The notes under the pieces are model-generated. The model was not told the DNA's origin. It made no database searches and saw only the letters and a program-made list of their open reading frames with translations. 64,000 nucleotides of DNA from Promethearchaeota archaeon Loki_b31 (lineage in GTDB: Archaea > Asgardarchaeota > Lokiarchaeia > Sigyniarchaeales > SOKP01): assembly GCA_005222975.1 (NCBI GenBank), contig NJBI01000003.1, forward strand, positions 32,001-96,000, in the 5' to 3' direction. The position numbers and the translations under genes are program-made. The stretch's first letter is position 1, and every line of letters begins with the position of its first letter. Of the stretch, positions 30,831 through 41,281 are shown one piece after another.

Positions 30831-32339
30831 TTATTTATCATCTTCAACTATTTCTAAACCTAAAATTTTCGCTCCGTTTATGAAATCTTCCTTCCAATCC
30901 CCTATGAAAGTTACCCTATGCCATCCAAATGCGTCCCAATCATAGTTTTCCATAATCTTTTCAACATCGCTCTCAACTAACATTTTAGAAACGCAGCCTT
31001 TTTCATCCACTATATTATCTATTATTTTTCCCGTACGGATTGAGATTTTTTTTTCAAAAACGCTGATTTTAATAGTCGTTACTGGTTTCCCTATTGGAAA
31101 TTTAACGCGAGGTGAGGCACCTAAAAAATGAGTTTCACCATGGTATACGATATCATAAGGCGCTTGTGGACCCTCTGGACCTTGTAAATTACATGGAGCT
31201 ACACAATGCATATACGTGATTTGATTTTTTTTGATATCAAAAGTGTGGTTGGACACATATCCCGGTCTACCAGTTAAGTACAGGCCAAAAAGAAAGCTTA
31301 TGGTCGAATCCATGTCGGACTCACATATGCCGTATTTTCCTTCGTTACTTAATTCGAAAAAAGCCATGCAAGGATAAGCGGGAAACGCGCCGCACAACAA
31401 GAATGTGCCACAATCGGGAGTAAAAATGTCAATGTCTTTATCTTTCAAGATATTTTTAAAAGCTAGATATAGTTTTGCGGAATTTAAAATGGTTTTTTCC
31501 GTGGGTTCTACTAAAGAAGCATTTTCCATCCATTTTTGAGCGATCTTTTTTGCTTGGTCCGTGTTAACCTCATTATAATATTTGAGAATCTCCTCTGGAT
31601 CTCCTCTAATCATTTCTATATCGAATACATTTTTTAAAATTTCTTTATAGAGCGCTTCATCCTTTCTCCACTGGTGTGCTTGATCAAGACCAACTGTATC
31701 GGTATAAAATTCAAATTCCTCATCGTTACTCATTTTACCTACTTGATCCAAAAACTCTGGATGATTTTTAGCTATTCGCATCCGTTCGGGATTAAACAAC
31801 CCTAATATAACCTCCCAGTTCATTTTGATGACGTCCTTAGCGTAAACCAAGACACTTTTTCCTCTCAAACGCACGAGATTAAACATATTCCCAAACATCC
31901 TGTCAAAATCTTCTAAATTTTTTGAAGATAAAATAGATAGTTGATAATTCTTGTCTTTAACACTTGAGAATATTTTTGTGAATGTATGGTCTCCAGCATA
32001 AATATAATTGGCTAATATCACCGGTTTTTTGCTTTCTATAAATTCAATGCCAGCTTGAACAATCCCGGGGTCTCCATAATGCCCTATCGTAAAAACTATA
32101 GCTCCGTCAGCTGCTTTGATATCCGTTTTAATCTGGTTAACTAATTCTTTGTCGTATGTTGTAATAATCTCACTATAGTTAAACTCAATTTTATTAAATT
32201 TCTCGCTTAGATGTTTTCTAATGGAATCTATCGTTTTGTTATTGTCATATCCCAAATAAGGCCATCCAGCTTCCCATTGTGGTTTTCCTATAAACACAAC
32301 TTCTATTTTTACATCTTTATAATTCAATTTAAAATTCAC
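30831..32339 (-). CDS. L-fucose/L-arabinose isomerase-like protein
   Basis: PDC, YPCMAF, CESDMDS, YMHC, GKPVT, FGWHRV resemble the FucI/AraA superfamily. Confidence 0.7.
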   Translation of the reverse strand: MNFKLNYKDVKIEVVFIGKPQWEAGWPYLGYDNNKTIDSIRKHLSEKFNKIEFNYSEIITTYDKELVNQIKTDIKAADGAIVFTIGHYGDPGIVQAGIEFIESKKPVILANYIYAGDHTFTKIFSSVKDKNYQLSILSSKNLEDFDRMFGNMFNLVRLRGKSVLVYAKDVIKMNWEVILGLFNPERMRIAKNHPEFLDQVGKMSNDEEFEFYTDTVGLDQAHQWRKDEALYKEILKNVFDIEMIRGDPEEILKYYNEVNTDQAKKIAQKWMENASLVEPTEKTILNSAKLYLAFKNILKDKDIDIFTPDCGTFLLCGAFPAYPCMAFFELSNEGKYGICESDMDSTISFLFGLYLTGRPGYVSNHTFDIKKNQITYMHCVAPCNLQGPEGPQAPYDIVYHGETHFLGASPRVKFPIGKPVTTIKISVFEKKISIRTGKIIDNIVDEKGCVSKMLVESDVEKIMENYDWDAFGWHRVTFIGDWKEDFINGAKILGLEIVEDDK

Positions 32340-32434
32340 TACGAATCGATAAATTATATTACTTATCTATTAGATTTTGAAGTTTAAAAACTTTAAAAAT
32401 AAGATTTTTATAAAAACCTTTTTGAACTAATTTA

Positions 32435-33892
32435 TTAAATGTTTCTTTCACGTTTCCAATTGGCATTATCGCTAGTTCTTAGATACCATCTTAAAAGTTT
32501 CTCTTTAAGATCGGCTTTAATTTTGTCGTAAGCGTATATATCAATTAAATTACTAGCTTCATTTGGGTCGTACATTAAATCGTAAAGCTCTTCCTTCCCA
32601 CTATCTCGAATAACGAGTTTCCATGTTTTGGTTCTGATCATAGCAGATCGAGCTACGGTTGATAGATTCTCTTGAGGTATATTAGTTTTATCGTAATAAA
32701 TACCAATGCCTGGCATTTCAGGATTTTTAACAACCGGTTCAAAGCATTGAGGTTCGCGAGGGTTATATCCTCCCTCAGCAAAAACAGCGTCTCTTAGTTT
32801 CAGCAAGCGTCCTTCTAGAAAAGGAATTAAATTCTTGCCAAAGTGAGTATATTGAGTTTCAATTTTAGCAATATTCAATACTGTAGGAAAAAGATCAATA
32901 GTTTGAACAAATTGATCGTATAGATTTCCTTTTGATTCAATACCAGGTATTTTAGCAATTAACGGAACATTGATAAGACAATCTTGGAACGCGTTAGGCC
33001 ATTTTTCTGCTAATCCATAATCTCCAGTATAATCTCCGTGATCAGCAAAGAAGAATATTGCACTGTTTTCATAGGCTCCGATACCTTTTAACTTATCGAT
33101 TATTTGCCCAAATTGGTAATCTACGCGAGAAACCATTCCATAATATGTAGCGATAATTTCTTTAAAATCATCTTTATCTAAATTGTTCAACCCGTACTTT
33201 TCTTGAATTAAACGCATAAATTCTGGCTTATCGGCCAATTTAGGCGGTACTGGGGCCGGTACTAATTCTCGATCGTACATAGAAAAGTAAGGCTCCTCAA
33301 CCGTGTAAGGAGGATGAGGAAAGTTCAAGGCTATGTATAGGCAAAAAGGATTTTCATGATCAGAATTTAAGTAGTTAATTGCTTTTTGAATAATGTTATA
33401 ATCACTATCTTTTGATTCCTCTATTGTTCTTTCACCATAATAAAAAGATTTTCTCATAGGATGATCTAAGGGATAGGGATTAGTTTTCCAAGCACCAGTT
33501 TTCGTTCTTAACCTTTTCGTTACGCTTTCTTTAATAGCATCTTTGCTAAAAAGATCGTTTCTTCCTAGCCAAACGACTTCATATCCCTTAACTTTTAAGA
33601 ATTTGAATAAATTTTCCTCGTGTGGTTGTAGTAATTGGTAAAGGCTTCTGTGCCCATTCGAGTGTACATATTGACCCGTAAAAGTACAACACCTCGAAGG
33701 TCCACAAACGGGATTAACAGTAAAACAATTAGTAAAGGCAACGCCGTCTTTAGCAAGTTTATCAATATTTGGCGTTTTAATAACGGGGTTTCTTCGACCA
33801 TCAAAAGAAACGCAATCTCCACGCATTTCATCTGCTACGAAAAAAATAATATTAGGAAGCAGTTTCTCTTTTGCTATTGCCATGTTTAACAT
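32435..33892 (-). CDS. Sulfatase (Cys-type, formylglycine-dependent)
   Basis: PNIIFFVADE, CGPSR (CxPxR), PHPPY, ADHG, ELYDL. Confidence 0.93.
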   Translation of the reverse strand: MLNMAIAKEKLLPNIIFFVADEMRGDCVSFDGRRNPVIKTPNIDKLAKDGVAFTNCFTVNPVCGPSRCCTFTGQYVHSNGHRSLYQLLQPHEENLFKFLKVKGYEVVWLGRNDLFSKDAIKESVTKRLRTKTGAWKTNPYPLDHPMRKSFYYGERTIEESKDSDYNIIQKAINYLNSDHENPFCLYIALNFPHPPYTVEEPYFSMYDRELVPAPVPPKLADKPEFMRLIQEKYGLNNLDKDDFKEIIATYYGMVSRVDYQFGQIIDKLKGIGAYENSAIFFFADHGDYTGDYGLAEKWPNAFQDCLINVPLIAKIPGIESKGNLYDQFVQTIDLFPTVLNIAKIETQYTHFGKNLIPFLEGRLLKLRDAVFAEGGYNPREPQCFEPVVKNPEMPGIGIYYDKTNIPQENLSTVARSAMIRTKTWKLVIRDSGKEELYDLMYDPNEASNLIDIYAYDKIKADLKEKLLRWYLRTSDNANWKRERNI

Positions 33893-34015
33893 TTATCATT
33901 TAAGATTTAAAAGTTTAATAATTAAGAATTCAAGGTTATTTTAAAATAACCAAAATCTAATATAAATATCCCAACACTTTTAATTTTCGAAAAATTATTC
34001 AAAAGGATAGAAACT

Positions 34016-35176
34016 ATGAACTCAAGGGAAAGAGTAAATACAACTTTAAATCATAAAGAACCCGATAAAGTCCCGATTGATTTAGGAGGAAATCAATCAA
34101 GTATTCATATTAAAGCGTACAAAAAATTATTGGATTACCTTGAAATTGAAGATGAGAACATTCAATACGCTGATTTTGTCCAACAAATCGTACGCCCATG
34201 TGATAAAGTCTTAGAAAGATTTAACATTGATGTAAGATATGTTCAACCTTTAGGCGGGATGGTTAGAGTTCAAGAAATGGAACCTCAATATGAGGGTAAA
34301 TATGTGGGCTTATATGACCAGTTTGGTGTGTTTTGGGGGAACGATGCTAAAAAAGATTTAGACGAGATATTATATTACGATCCTGTTATTCATCCTTTTG
34401 CTGATTTTAAATCTGTTAGCGATATAAGAGATTTTGACTGGCCTAATGGGAGGGATAAAACACCCTTTAAGGGATTGAAGGAATATGCTAAAGGTTTACG
34501 CAATAATACTGATTTTGCTTTATCAACTCCTCCAGTTGGATGCATTTATGAATATTGCACGTTTTTATTTGGTTTTACAAAAACATTAAGATATTTAAGA
34601 ACTAAGCCAGAATTCATAATTGTAACAATGGAAGAACTTCTAAACTATTGGACTGATTATGTTACGACCTTTTTAGACGAAGTTGGAAGTTATTTAGATG
34701 TTACATGCATTAACGGTGATATTGCGGAACAAGCAGGGCCTATAATGAGCGTTAAGCTTTACGAAAATATGATAAAACCGATAGAAAGGAAATTATCAAA
34801 AAAAATTCACGAATTAGTAGAAACGAAAATAAACTATCATTCTTGCGGTTCAGTTTCGCTATTTATACCCCATTTTGCTGAGATTGGGTACGATGTTATT
34901 AATCCAGTACAAATAAGTGCTTACGATATGGAGCCTTGTTCCCTAAAGAAGCGATTTGGAGATATAATGTCGTTTTGGGGTGGTTTATGCAACTCTCAAA
35001 GTACATTACCCTTTGGAACGCTTAAACAAATCAGGGACGAGGTACGAAGAAATTTCGAATGTTTGAAACCCGGTGGAGGTTTTATTGCGTCTAACATCCA
35101 CAATATAACTGCCGAAGTTCCTCCTCAAAATATCGTAGCCATGTTTGATGCCGCTAACGAGTTTGGAAATTATTAA
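34016..35176 (+). CDS. Uroporphyrinogen decarboxylase / MtaA family protein
   Basis: MNSRERV...EPDKVPIDLGG, HSCG, NPVQ, FWGG, GGGF, HNI. Confidence 0.9.
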   Translation: MNSRERVNTTLNHKEPDKVPIDLGGNQSSIHIKAYKKLLDYLEIEDENIQYADFVQQIVRPCDKVLERFNIDVRYVQPLGGMVRVQEMEPQYEGKYVGLYDQFGVFWGNDAKKDLDEILYYDPVIHPFADFKSVSDIRDFDWPNGRDKTPFKGLKEYAKGLRNNTDFALSTPPVGCIYEYCTFLFGFTKTLRYLRTKPEFIIVTMEELLNYWTDYVTTFLDEVGSYLDVTCINGDIAEQAGPIMSVKLYENMIKPIERKLSKKIHELVETKINYHSCGSVSLFIPHFAEIGYDVINPVQISAYDMEPCSLKKRFGDIMSFWGGLCNSQSTLPFGTLKQIRDEVRRNFECLKPGGGFIASNIHNITAEVPPQNIVAMFDAANEFGNY

Positions 35177-35261
35177 TAAGAGAGTTTTTTTACAATCAAT
35201 GTTTTAATAATAAAATATTAACGTAATTTTTTCTTAAAAATTAATAAATCAGAGGATTTTT

Positions 35262-36521
35262 ATGTCTAAAGCTGAAAAAATATCTACAAAGATAAAATGG
35301 TCAATTATCCTTCTAAGTTTTGCTGGTCAACTTGCTTGGGCTGTAGAAAACCAGTATTTTAATCTTTTCTTATATAACGAAATCGCTCCCGTGCCTATGT
35401 ATGTTTCTTTATTAGTTGCCATAACCGCGGTTGCTTCCACGGTAACAGCAATTTTTATGGGAGCTTTAAGCGATGTAAAGGGAAAAAGAAGAATTTTTAT
35501 GTTAATCGGCTACTCGTTGTGGGCATTTACAACTGCTATGTTTCCATTAGCAGGTTTTTTTCGACCCGTTGTGCTTGCTGTTACGATTGCAATACTTTTT
35601 GACAGCATTATGACATTCTTTGGTGCTATGGCTAACGATGCCGCATTAAACGCGTATGTTACCGATGTTACTAACACTCAGAATCGAGGAAAAATCACAT
35701 CTCTAATGGAAATTATGTTCCTTATTGCTACATTAATAATTTATGGATTTGCAGGATTCATAATTGAAGCAGTGGGATATTATATATTTTTCTATATTGT
35801 AGGTGGATTAGTAGCGTTAATTGGAATCCCTGGTGCGTTGATTGCTCCTGAGCCCGAAGATTTAAGACCATCAACCTTGGGCTATTGGGAAACTATTAAA
35901 AGTACCTTTACTCGAACTGCAATTACCAATAACAAGAATATTTTCCTTATTTTGCTTGGTTCGGCGTTGTGGGGTATTGCGTTTAATGTCTTTTTTCCAT
36001 TCGTTTTAATCTATCTTGAACATTTTTTGGACATTCCAATTTTTGAAGCATCAATTGTAATCTTCGTAGCATTATTGATTTCAATTATCGCAGCCTATCC
36101 AGTGGGAAAATTAGTTGATAAGTTTGGCAGGAAAAAAATAGCTATAGGAGCAGTCTTTCTAGAGTCTGTATCCTTGTTTCTTTTTGCGTTTTCTGAACTC
36201 ATTGTATTCGTTGCCATAACAGCAGCAATTTGGGTATTTGCGATGGTCACTTGGGATATAGCTTCAAAAACTTGGGTAAGAGATTTATTACCAGACGAAA
36301 AGAGAGGACAATTTTCTGGTTATTTTATCCTATTTAATGTCTTAATTGGAATGACGATTGGGCCGCTAATAGGTGGTATAATCTCAGAAGCATACGGCAC
36401 ATCTATAGTAATTGATGGAATAGCTGGTTTTATTCCCCCGCCTTTAATCTTCATTGTAGCCGCTTTCTTAATGTTACTAGTACTGATTCCTCTAGTTAAA
36501 GCGAAAGAATTAGAAAAATAA
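35262..36521 (+). CDS. MFS transporter
   Basis: AWAVEN, GALSD, GKLVDKFGRK, about 12 TMs. Confidence 0.9.
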   Translation: MSKAEKISTKIKWSIILLSFAGQLAWAVENQYFNLFLYNEIAPVPMYVSLLVAITAVASTVTAIFMGALSDVKGKRRIFMLIGYSLWAFTTAMFPLAGFFRPVVLAVTIAILFDSIMTFFGAMANDAALNAYVTDVTNTQNRGKITSLMEIMFLIATLIIYGFAGFIIEAVGYYIFFYIVGGLVALIGIPGALIAPEPEDLRPSTLGYWETIKSTFTRTAITNNKNIFLILLGSALWGIAFNVFFPFVLIYLEHFLDIPIFEASIVIFVALLISIIAAYPVGKLVDKFGRKKIAIGAVFLESVSLFLFAFSELIVFVAITAAIWVFAMVTWDIASKTWVRDLLPDEKRGQFSGYFILFNVLIGMTIGPLIGGIISEAYGTSIVIDGIAGFIPPPLIFIVAAFLMLLVLIPLVKAKELEK

Positions 36522-36615
36522 CAATATAAATGTAAATTTTTAATATATTTTTTTGATTTTTTAATTTAAAATAAAATAAAATGAATTTGAATATCCAAAT
36601 TGCTGGTGAAAAGAT

Positions 36616-37479
36616 ATAAAAAGTAAGAATTTTAAAATTTTTGACGCTCATCTTCATACCTATGGCACATTTCTACCTAAAAATGAAGATTTAATTAGTT
36701 ATCTGGAAAAATATAACATCGAAAAAGCAATTATTACTACAGTTAATAGAGCAGCAAGCTCTAAAATCTATGTTAATAAAGATAACACTGAAGAAAATAA
36801 CACTTCTAACAATAATATCGTAAAGAGAGCGTTTGAAAACTTAAGGAAGTTAACAAAAGGTCAATTGGACCATCAAGATGTTATTAACATATCAAACAAA
36901 GATCCCGAAAGATTTTACAAATTCTTCTGGTTCAACCCAAAAATCAAGCCTGAGGATGAGGACAGCGATTACAAAGTCTTAGAAAATCATTTTGACTTAG
37001 GTTTTTGTGGGGTTAAGATCCATTCCGGTATTCACTTAATAAATATTCCAAGAGACATCATAAAACTAGTTTCTTTTATGCAAGATTATAACAAAAAATT
37101 TCCGTTATTCATTCACTTTACACCAAAATTTTCTGCTTTTGGAGGGATAAGTAGTAAAGATATATCAAAATTAGCAAAAAATTATCCAAATTTGCGTATC
37201 ATTATTGGACATGCTGCGTTGGCGATGGAGTTTGCGATAGATCTTGGATTGAGCTTAAAACAATATAAAAATGTATTTTTTGAAACTTCTTGTTCTATAC
37301 CTTACGGGATACTAAGTTTGATAAAAATAGTAGGGCATAAACGTGTTTTATTTGGAACAGATTCGCCAGTCACTAATCCAATAAAACTTGAAATTGATAA
37401 AATATTATGCTTACCAATTACCGATGATCAAAAACGTGATGTTTTTTTCAACAACATTGACAGCATAATTAGAAATTAA
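36616..37479 (+). CDS. Amidohydrolase_2 family protein; N-terminus extends upstream of the ORF-track start (probable ATA start)
   Basis: Frame is open from 36610 and encodes IFDAHLH (metal HxH) about 75 codons before 36865; also GVKIH, IH, GHA, FGTDSP. Confidence 0.85.
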   Translation: MKSKNFKIFDAHLHTYGTFLPKNEDLISYLEKYNIEKAIITTVNRAASSKIYVNKDNTEENNTSNNNIVKRAFENLRKLTKGQLDHQDVINISNKDPERFYKFFWFNPKIKPEDEDSDYKVLENHFDLGFCGVKIHSGIHLINIPRDIIKLVSFMQDYNKKFPLFIHFTPKFSAFGGISSKDISKLAKNYPNLRIIIGHAALAMEFAIDLGLSLKQYKNVFFETSCSIPYGILSLIKIVGHKRVLFGTDSPVTNPIKLEIDKILCLPITDDQKRDVFFNNIDSIIRN

Positions 37480-37700
37480 ACCATTATTTTTCAAAGGTTT
37501 TAAATTTTTTTAGATTATCTTTCAAATCTTCCACTAACATTTTATCAATATTAACTAATTAATTAATTTTGACTTTAAAATTATTGTCGAGAAAATTATT
37601 ATAGATTAAGGCGATTATTTCTGTTTTAATAATAGAATATATAAACGTAGTTGTGTAATTTTTTATTATAATCTTGTAAAAATTTATTCGAGTTGATACA

Positions 37701-38246
37701 GTGAAAAATTTAGGGGATGATAATTACTACAAAGAGAACAATAATTGGGATGTCATAGAAGTTTCAAAGGTTAACGACAAAATTATTAAAAAGCTTTTAA
37801 ATTATCTGAAATATGATATATCAGAAAACTTCTTTATTTCCTTTGAAAGCCTTTTAAAATTAGGAAATAAGGTTCCAGAAGCTACAATTCAAAATATTAT
37901 CAATGAGTTAGACCAAACTCACAATTTCAAAAAGGATTTGTTTCGCTTTATTTTAAGCTTTGTAAAAAATGGTACGGTAGAATTTCACTTATTACCTCAA
38001 ATATATAGCCCAGATTTCATCGTTAGGGCTCGAGCCATAATGAAAATAAAACAAAACAACGATACAAGATATCTAAAGTTCCTACTCCCGTTATTAGACG
38101 ACCCTGACGATTCCGTAAGATGGAGCGTGATAAAATTTTTGGCTAAGCATAAAAATAATCCAATAATCTTTAATGAATTAAAAAATCACTTGAATAAGGA
38201 GTTAAATCCTATAATTTATAGTAATTTGAAGGAAATATTTGAATGA
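37701..38246 (+). CDS. HEAT-repeat protein
   Basis: SPDFIVRARAI, LLDDPDDSVRWSVIKFL. Confidence 0.8.
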   Translation: MKNLGDDNYYKENNNWDVIEVSKVNDKIIKKLLNYLKYDISENFFISFESLLKLGNKVPEATIQNIINELDQTHNFKKDLFRFILSFVKNGTVEFHLLPQIYSPDFIVRARAIMKIKQNNDTRYLKFLLPLLDDPDDSVRWSVIKFLAKHKNNPIIFNELKNHLNKELNPIIYSNLKEIFE

Positions 38247-38546
38247 AAGCATAAAATTAGAGAATAAAGAATAAGAGAACATAAAAAATACAACTTAGAA
38301 TTACATCTATTTTTAAATATCTTGGTGCTCTTTAACTTTTTTATTTAGAAATTCACTGCTAAATTTTGTTAGTTCAAGACTTATCTTATTTAATAAAAAA
38401 GTAAAGAATTAAAAAAGACATTTTTAATTATATATATATCTGAAATTAAGACCCAAAATTTAAAATTTCGATAAAATCTTAGTTGTATAACATTTTATTT
38501 ATCAAACTTGAGGTATTAAATAAATTTCTAAAAAAGGTGTTATGTA

Positions 38547-39077
38547 ATTCCATCATATGATTTTACTTTCAAAATCTTGCTTTTAGGCGATGCATCTGTA
38601 GGAAAAACATCGTTTACTAAACGATTTTGCTATAATCTCTTCAATCCCTCAGAAAGGCTAACAATTGGCGTAGACTTCCATGTTAAGACAATTAATATAC
38701 ATGGTAAAAAGATAAAATTGCAAATCTGGGATGTTGGAGGGGAAGAGCGCTTCAGATTCTTATTACCCACTTATTGTCTCGGTGCTAATGCGGCATTTTT
38801 GCTTTATGATGTTACCAGATCTCAGACCTTAGACAATATTACTGAATGGACCAATATCGTTCGCCAAAAGGGTGGCCCTATTCCAATCATGCTCGTAGGC
38901 GCGAAAATCGACTTAGGAGACGCTCAACGTGAAGTTCTTCGAGAGTACGGAATTCAAGTAGCTGAAAAAAATAACATGGCTTCTTTTGGCGAAATATCGA
39001 GTAAATCAGGTCAAAATGTAGACAAAACCTTTGAAGTTCTCACAGAGCTTACATTAGATAAAATTGAAAATAGGTGA
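38547..39077 (+). CDS. Rab-like small GTPase (probable ATT start)
   Basis: YDFTFKILLLGDASVGKTS, TIGVDF, KLQIWDVGGEERFR, LLYDVT, GAKID, ISSK; no C-terminal Cys motif. Confidence 0.92.
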   Translation: MPSYDFTFKILLLGDASVGKTSFTKRFCYNLFNPSERLTIGVDFHVKTINIHGKKIKLQIWDVGGEERFRFLLPTYCLGANAAFLLYDVTRSQTLDNITEWTNIVRQKGGPIPIMLVGAKIDLGDAQREVLREYGIQVAEKNNMASFGEISSKSGQNVDKTFEVLTELTLDKIENR

Positions 39078-39081
39078 TTAA

Positions 39082-40044
39082 ATGGTCGAACGTGAATTTT
39101 TGACTCTTAACTCTTTATTTGATTCTATAGGACTTATCGAAAAAGGTATTGAAAAAGTTTATCACTATTTATTACAACACCAGAAAATTGATAATTTAAA
39201 GGAAGTCAGTACGGAATTTAATCTTACATTGAAAAGAGGCTATAAAATTTGTGCCGTTTTAAACGACTTAGGATTAGTTCAAATTTACGATAGACCAATG
39301 AAAATACATTTATCTACTCCACCTGTGGCGATTTGGCAAAGAATTATAAACGAGCGTATTGTGGAGTTATCACAGCTTTTTCAAGAAAAAAAAGAGGACG
39401 CGGAAAACGCGTTAAAAGAATTCATAAAAACTTATAACTTTATCGAACAAATAACTCAAGAATTCGTAGAGTTTATTAGTTACGACCTAACCAACTTCGA
39501 TGAAACATATCATTCATTTCTAGCAGAAAAAGAATGTAAAATAGCCTTAGGAATAAGATATGAAAATGATTTAACTTCAATTATAAAAAAATATGGAATT
39601 TCGAATATTCCAGAGGATTTAAATAAATCCATGAGAGCTGGGATGATTAAAATTAAAGAAAATCTAATAAATATCAATATTCAAGTTATATTTAGTACCG
39701 AGTTGATTAATGAATTATTATCAAACGAGGAATTTAACCTTATTTCAAAATACATTGATTTATATGATTTAGAATTTAAAAGTATTGATGTACATGTCAC
39801 TGACGAAGTTTTTAGTAATTTTAGTTTAACTGATAATGAATTAATTCAACCCAGTTTTGATCCAACTAATAAATTGTTTGGATCTTTTATCTCGCGAAAT
39901 GCGAATATTTACCAAATTTTTTACGATAAATTTAATGAATTGTACGAAAAAGGAATTCCCTTGGTTCAATTTTTAAAAGAGCATAAATACATTACGATTG
40001 ATTCTTTTTCTGAGAGCCAACTGTTTGGATTATGTTTGTTATAA
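39082..40044 (+). CDS. TrmB-like transcriptional regulator
   Basis: N-terminal LFDSIGL...EKVYHYLL...GYKICAVLNDLGLV wHTH, then a coiled coil and a C-terminal effector-like domain ending FYDKFNELY. Confidence 0.7.
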   Translation: MVEREFLTLNSLFDSIGLIEKGIEKVYHYLLQHQKIDNLKEVSTEFNLTLKRGYKICAVLNDLGLVQIYDRPMKIHLSTPPVAIWQRIINERIVELSQLFQEKKEDAENALKEFIKTYNFIEQITQEFVEFISYDLTNFDETYHSFLAEKECKIALGIRYENDLTSIIKKYGISNIPEDLNKSMRAGMIKIKENLININIQVIFSTELINELLSNEEFNLISKYIDLYDLEFKSIDVHVTDEVFSNFSLTDNELIQPSFDPTNKLFGSFISRNANIYQIFYDKFNELYEKGIPLVQFLKEHKYITIDSFSESQLFGLCLL

Positions 40045-40207
40045 AAAAACAAAAACAGTATCAAAGGTAATTATATAAATTTAATTTATTTAGATAATAA
40101 TTTTATAAATTAAACTCTAAATTGTTGTTTTGAATTAATAAGAAAAATTTTTTAAATTTCTAAGACAATTTAGTGGTAACTATTGATTTTTTCAATTTCA
40201 AGAAGAA

Positions 40208-41194
40208 ATGAAAAACTTCTTATCGCCAGATAAAATTTATTCTAACGTGGAAAATGGAAAATTTAGTAAAGCTATAGCTGCTGAGCTGTTGATCTCATTA
40301 ATCGAAGGAAGCGATAACCCAACAACTCGTGCTGAATCAATTAAAATTTCTGAGAAATTGAAAATTCACGATCAAAAAATCTTTAAAATCTTACAAAATT
40401 CTCTATTATCCGACGAGAGCCCATTAGTTAGGAAATCAGCTGCGAAATTCATTGGACAAATTTTTTTAAAAAAAGGTTTAAACACGCTAATATGGGTTGT
40501 ACAGCACGATAAATCTCCACGAGTTCTAAAAGCTATTTCTGATTTGAATAGCAGACTTAATAAAGCCCGATTTAAGTCGTTAAGTAAAGAAATAAATATG
40601 TATTTGGCAGAAGTAGCGTTATCCGTTGGTATAGTTCAAAATGAAGCAAAATTTATATTAGATTTGGAGGCTTTATTTGCTCAAAACGAAACTGATTATG
40701 AGCTTGAGTTAAAAACTTATCAATTCTACAAAAAATTAAAAGATAATAAACTTGGAGAATCTTGGCTTACGATAAGGAATAAACGCATTGAATCCTTGAG
40801 TTTCAATTATTATAATTGGAAATATTTGAAAGAAATCCCTAGTATGTTTAGCTCAATTTCTAAATTGCAAGATCCCCTGGTTTATTTAAATTACTTAGGA
40901 AAGATTGGTCTTAAAAGCAATAAAATTCTCAAAATACCCGACTCACTAGCGTTACTCACAAATCTTAAAAAATTGAATATTAGTAGAAATAATATTAAGG
41001 AATTTCCAAAATCAATTTTATCACTTTCTTATCTTAAGTATTTAGACATAAGTCATAATAAAATTTCTGATATACCTGTGGAAATTAAAGATTTAAACTC
41101 ATTGGATGTTCTGAGAATTCACCATAATAAATTTCGAAATATCCCAAATTACTTAAGAGAATTCTTGCTTACACTTCAAGATTTTAAAATTTAA
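40208..41194 (+). CDS. HEAT + leucine-rich-repeat protein
   Basis: LLSDESPLVRKSAA HEAT repeat; four LxxLxLxxNxI repeats at the C-terminus. Confidence 0.85.
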   Translation: MKNFLSPDKIYSNVENGKFSKAIAAELLISLIEGSDNPTTRAESIKISEKLKIHDQKIFKILQNSLLSDESPLVRKSAAKFIGQIFLKKGLNTLIWVVQHDKSPRVLKAISDLNSRLNKARFKSLSKEINMYLAEVALSVGIVQNEAKFILDLEALFAQNETDYELELKTYQFYKKLKDNKLGESWLTIRNKRIESLSFNYYNWKYLKEIPSMFSSISKLQDPLVYLNYLGKIGLKSNKILKIPDSLALLTNLKKLNISRNNIKEFPKSILSLSYLKYLDISHNKISDIPVEIKDLNSLDVLRIHHNKFRNIPNYLREFLLTLQDFKI

Positions 41195-41281
41195 ATATTT
41201 CTACACTTTTATCTGAGATAATTATTTAAGGAATAAAATAGAAAGTAAAATAAAAATAAATTTAGAATTATGGTGTGAAAT

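Noticed and set aside
36601-36612. Selenocysteine read-through of the TGA at 36607
   Set aside because: No plausible in-frame upstream start or homologous Cys position; the TGA is part of the GGTGA SD.
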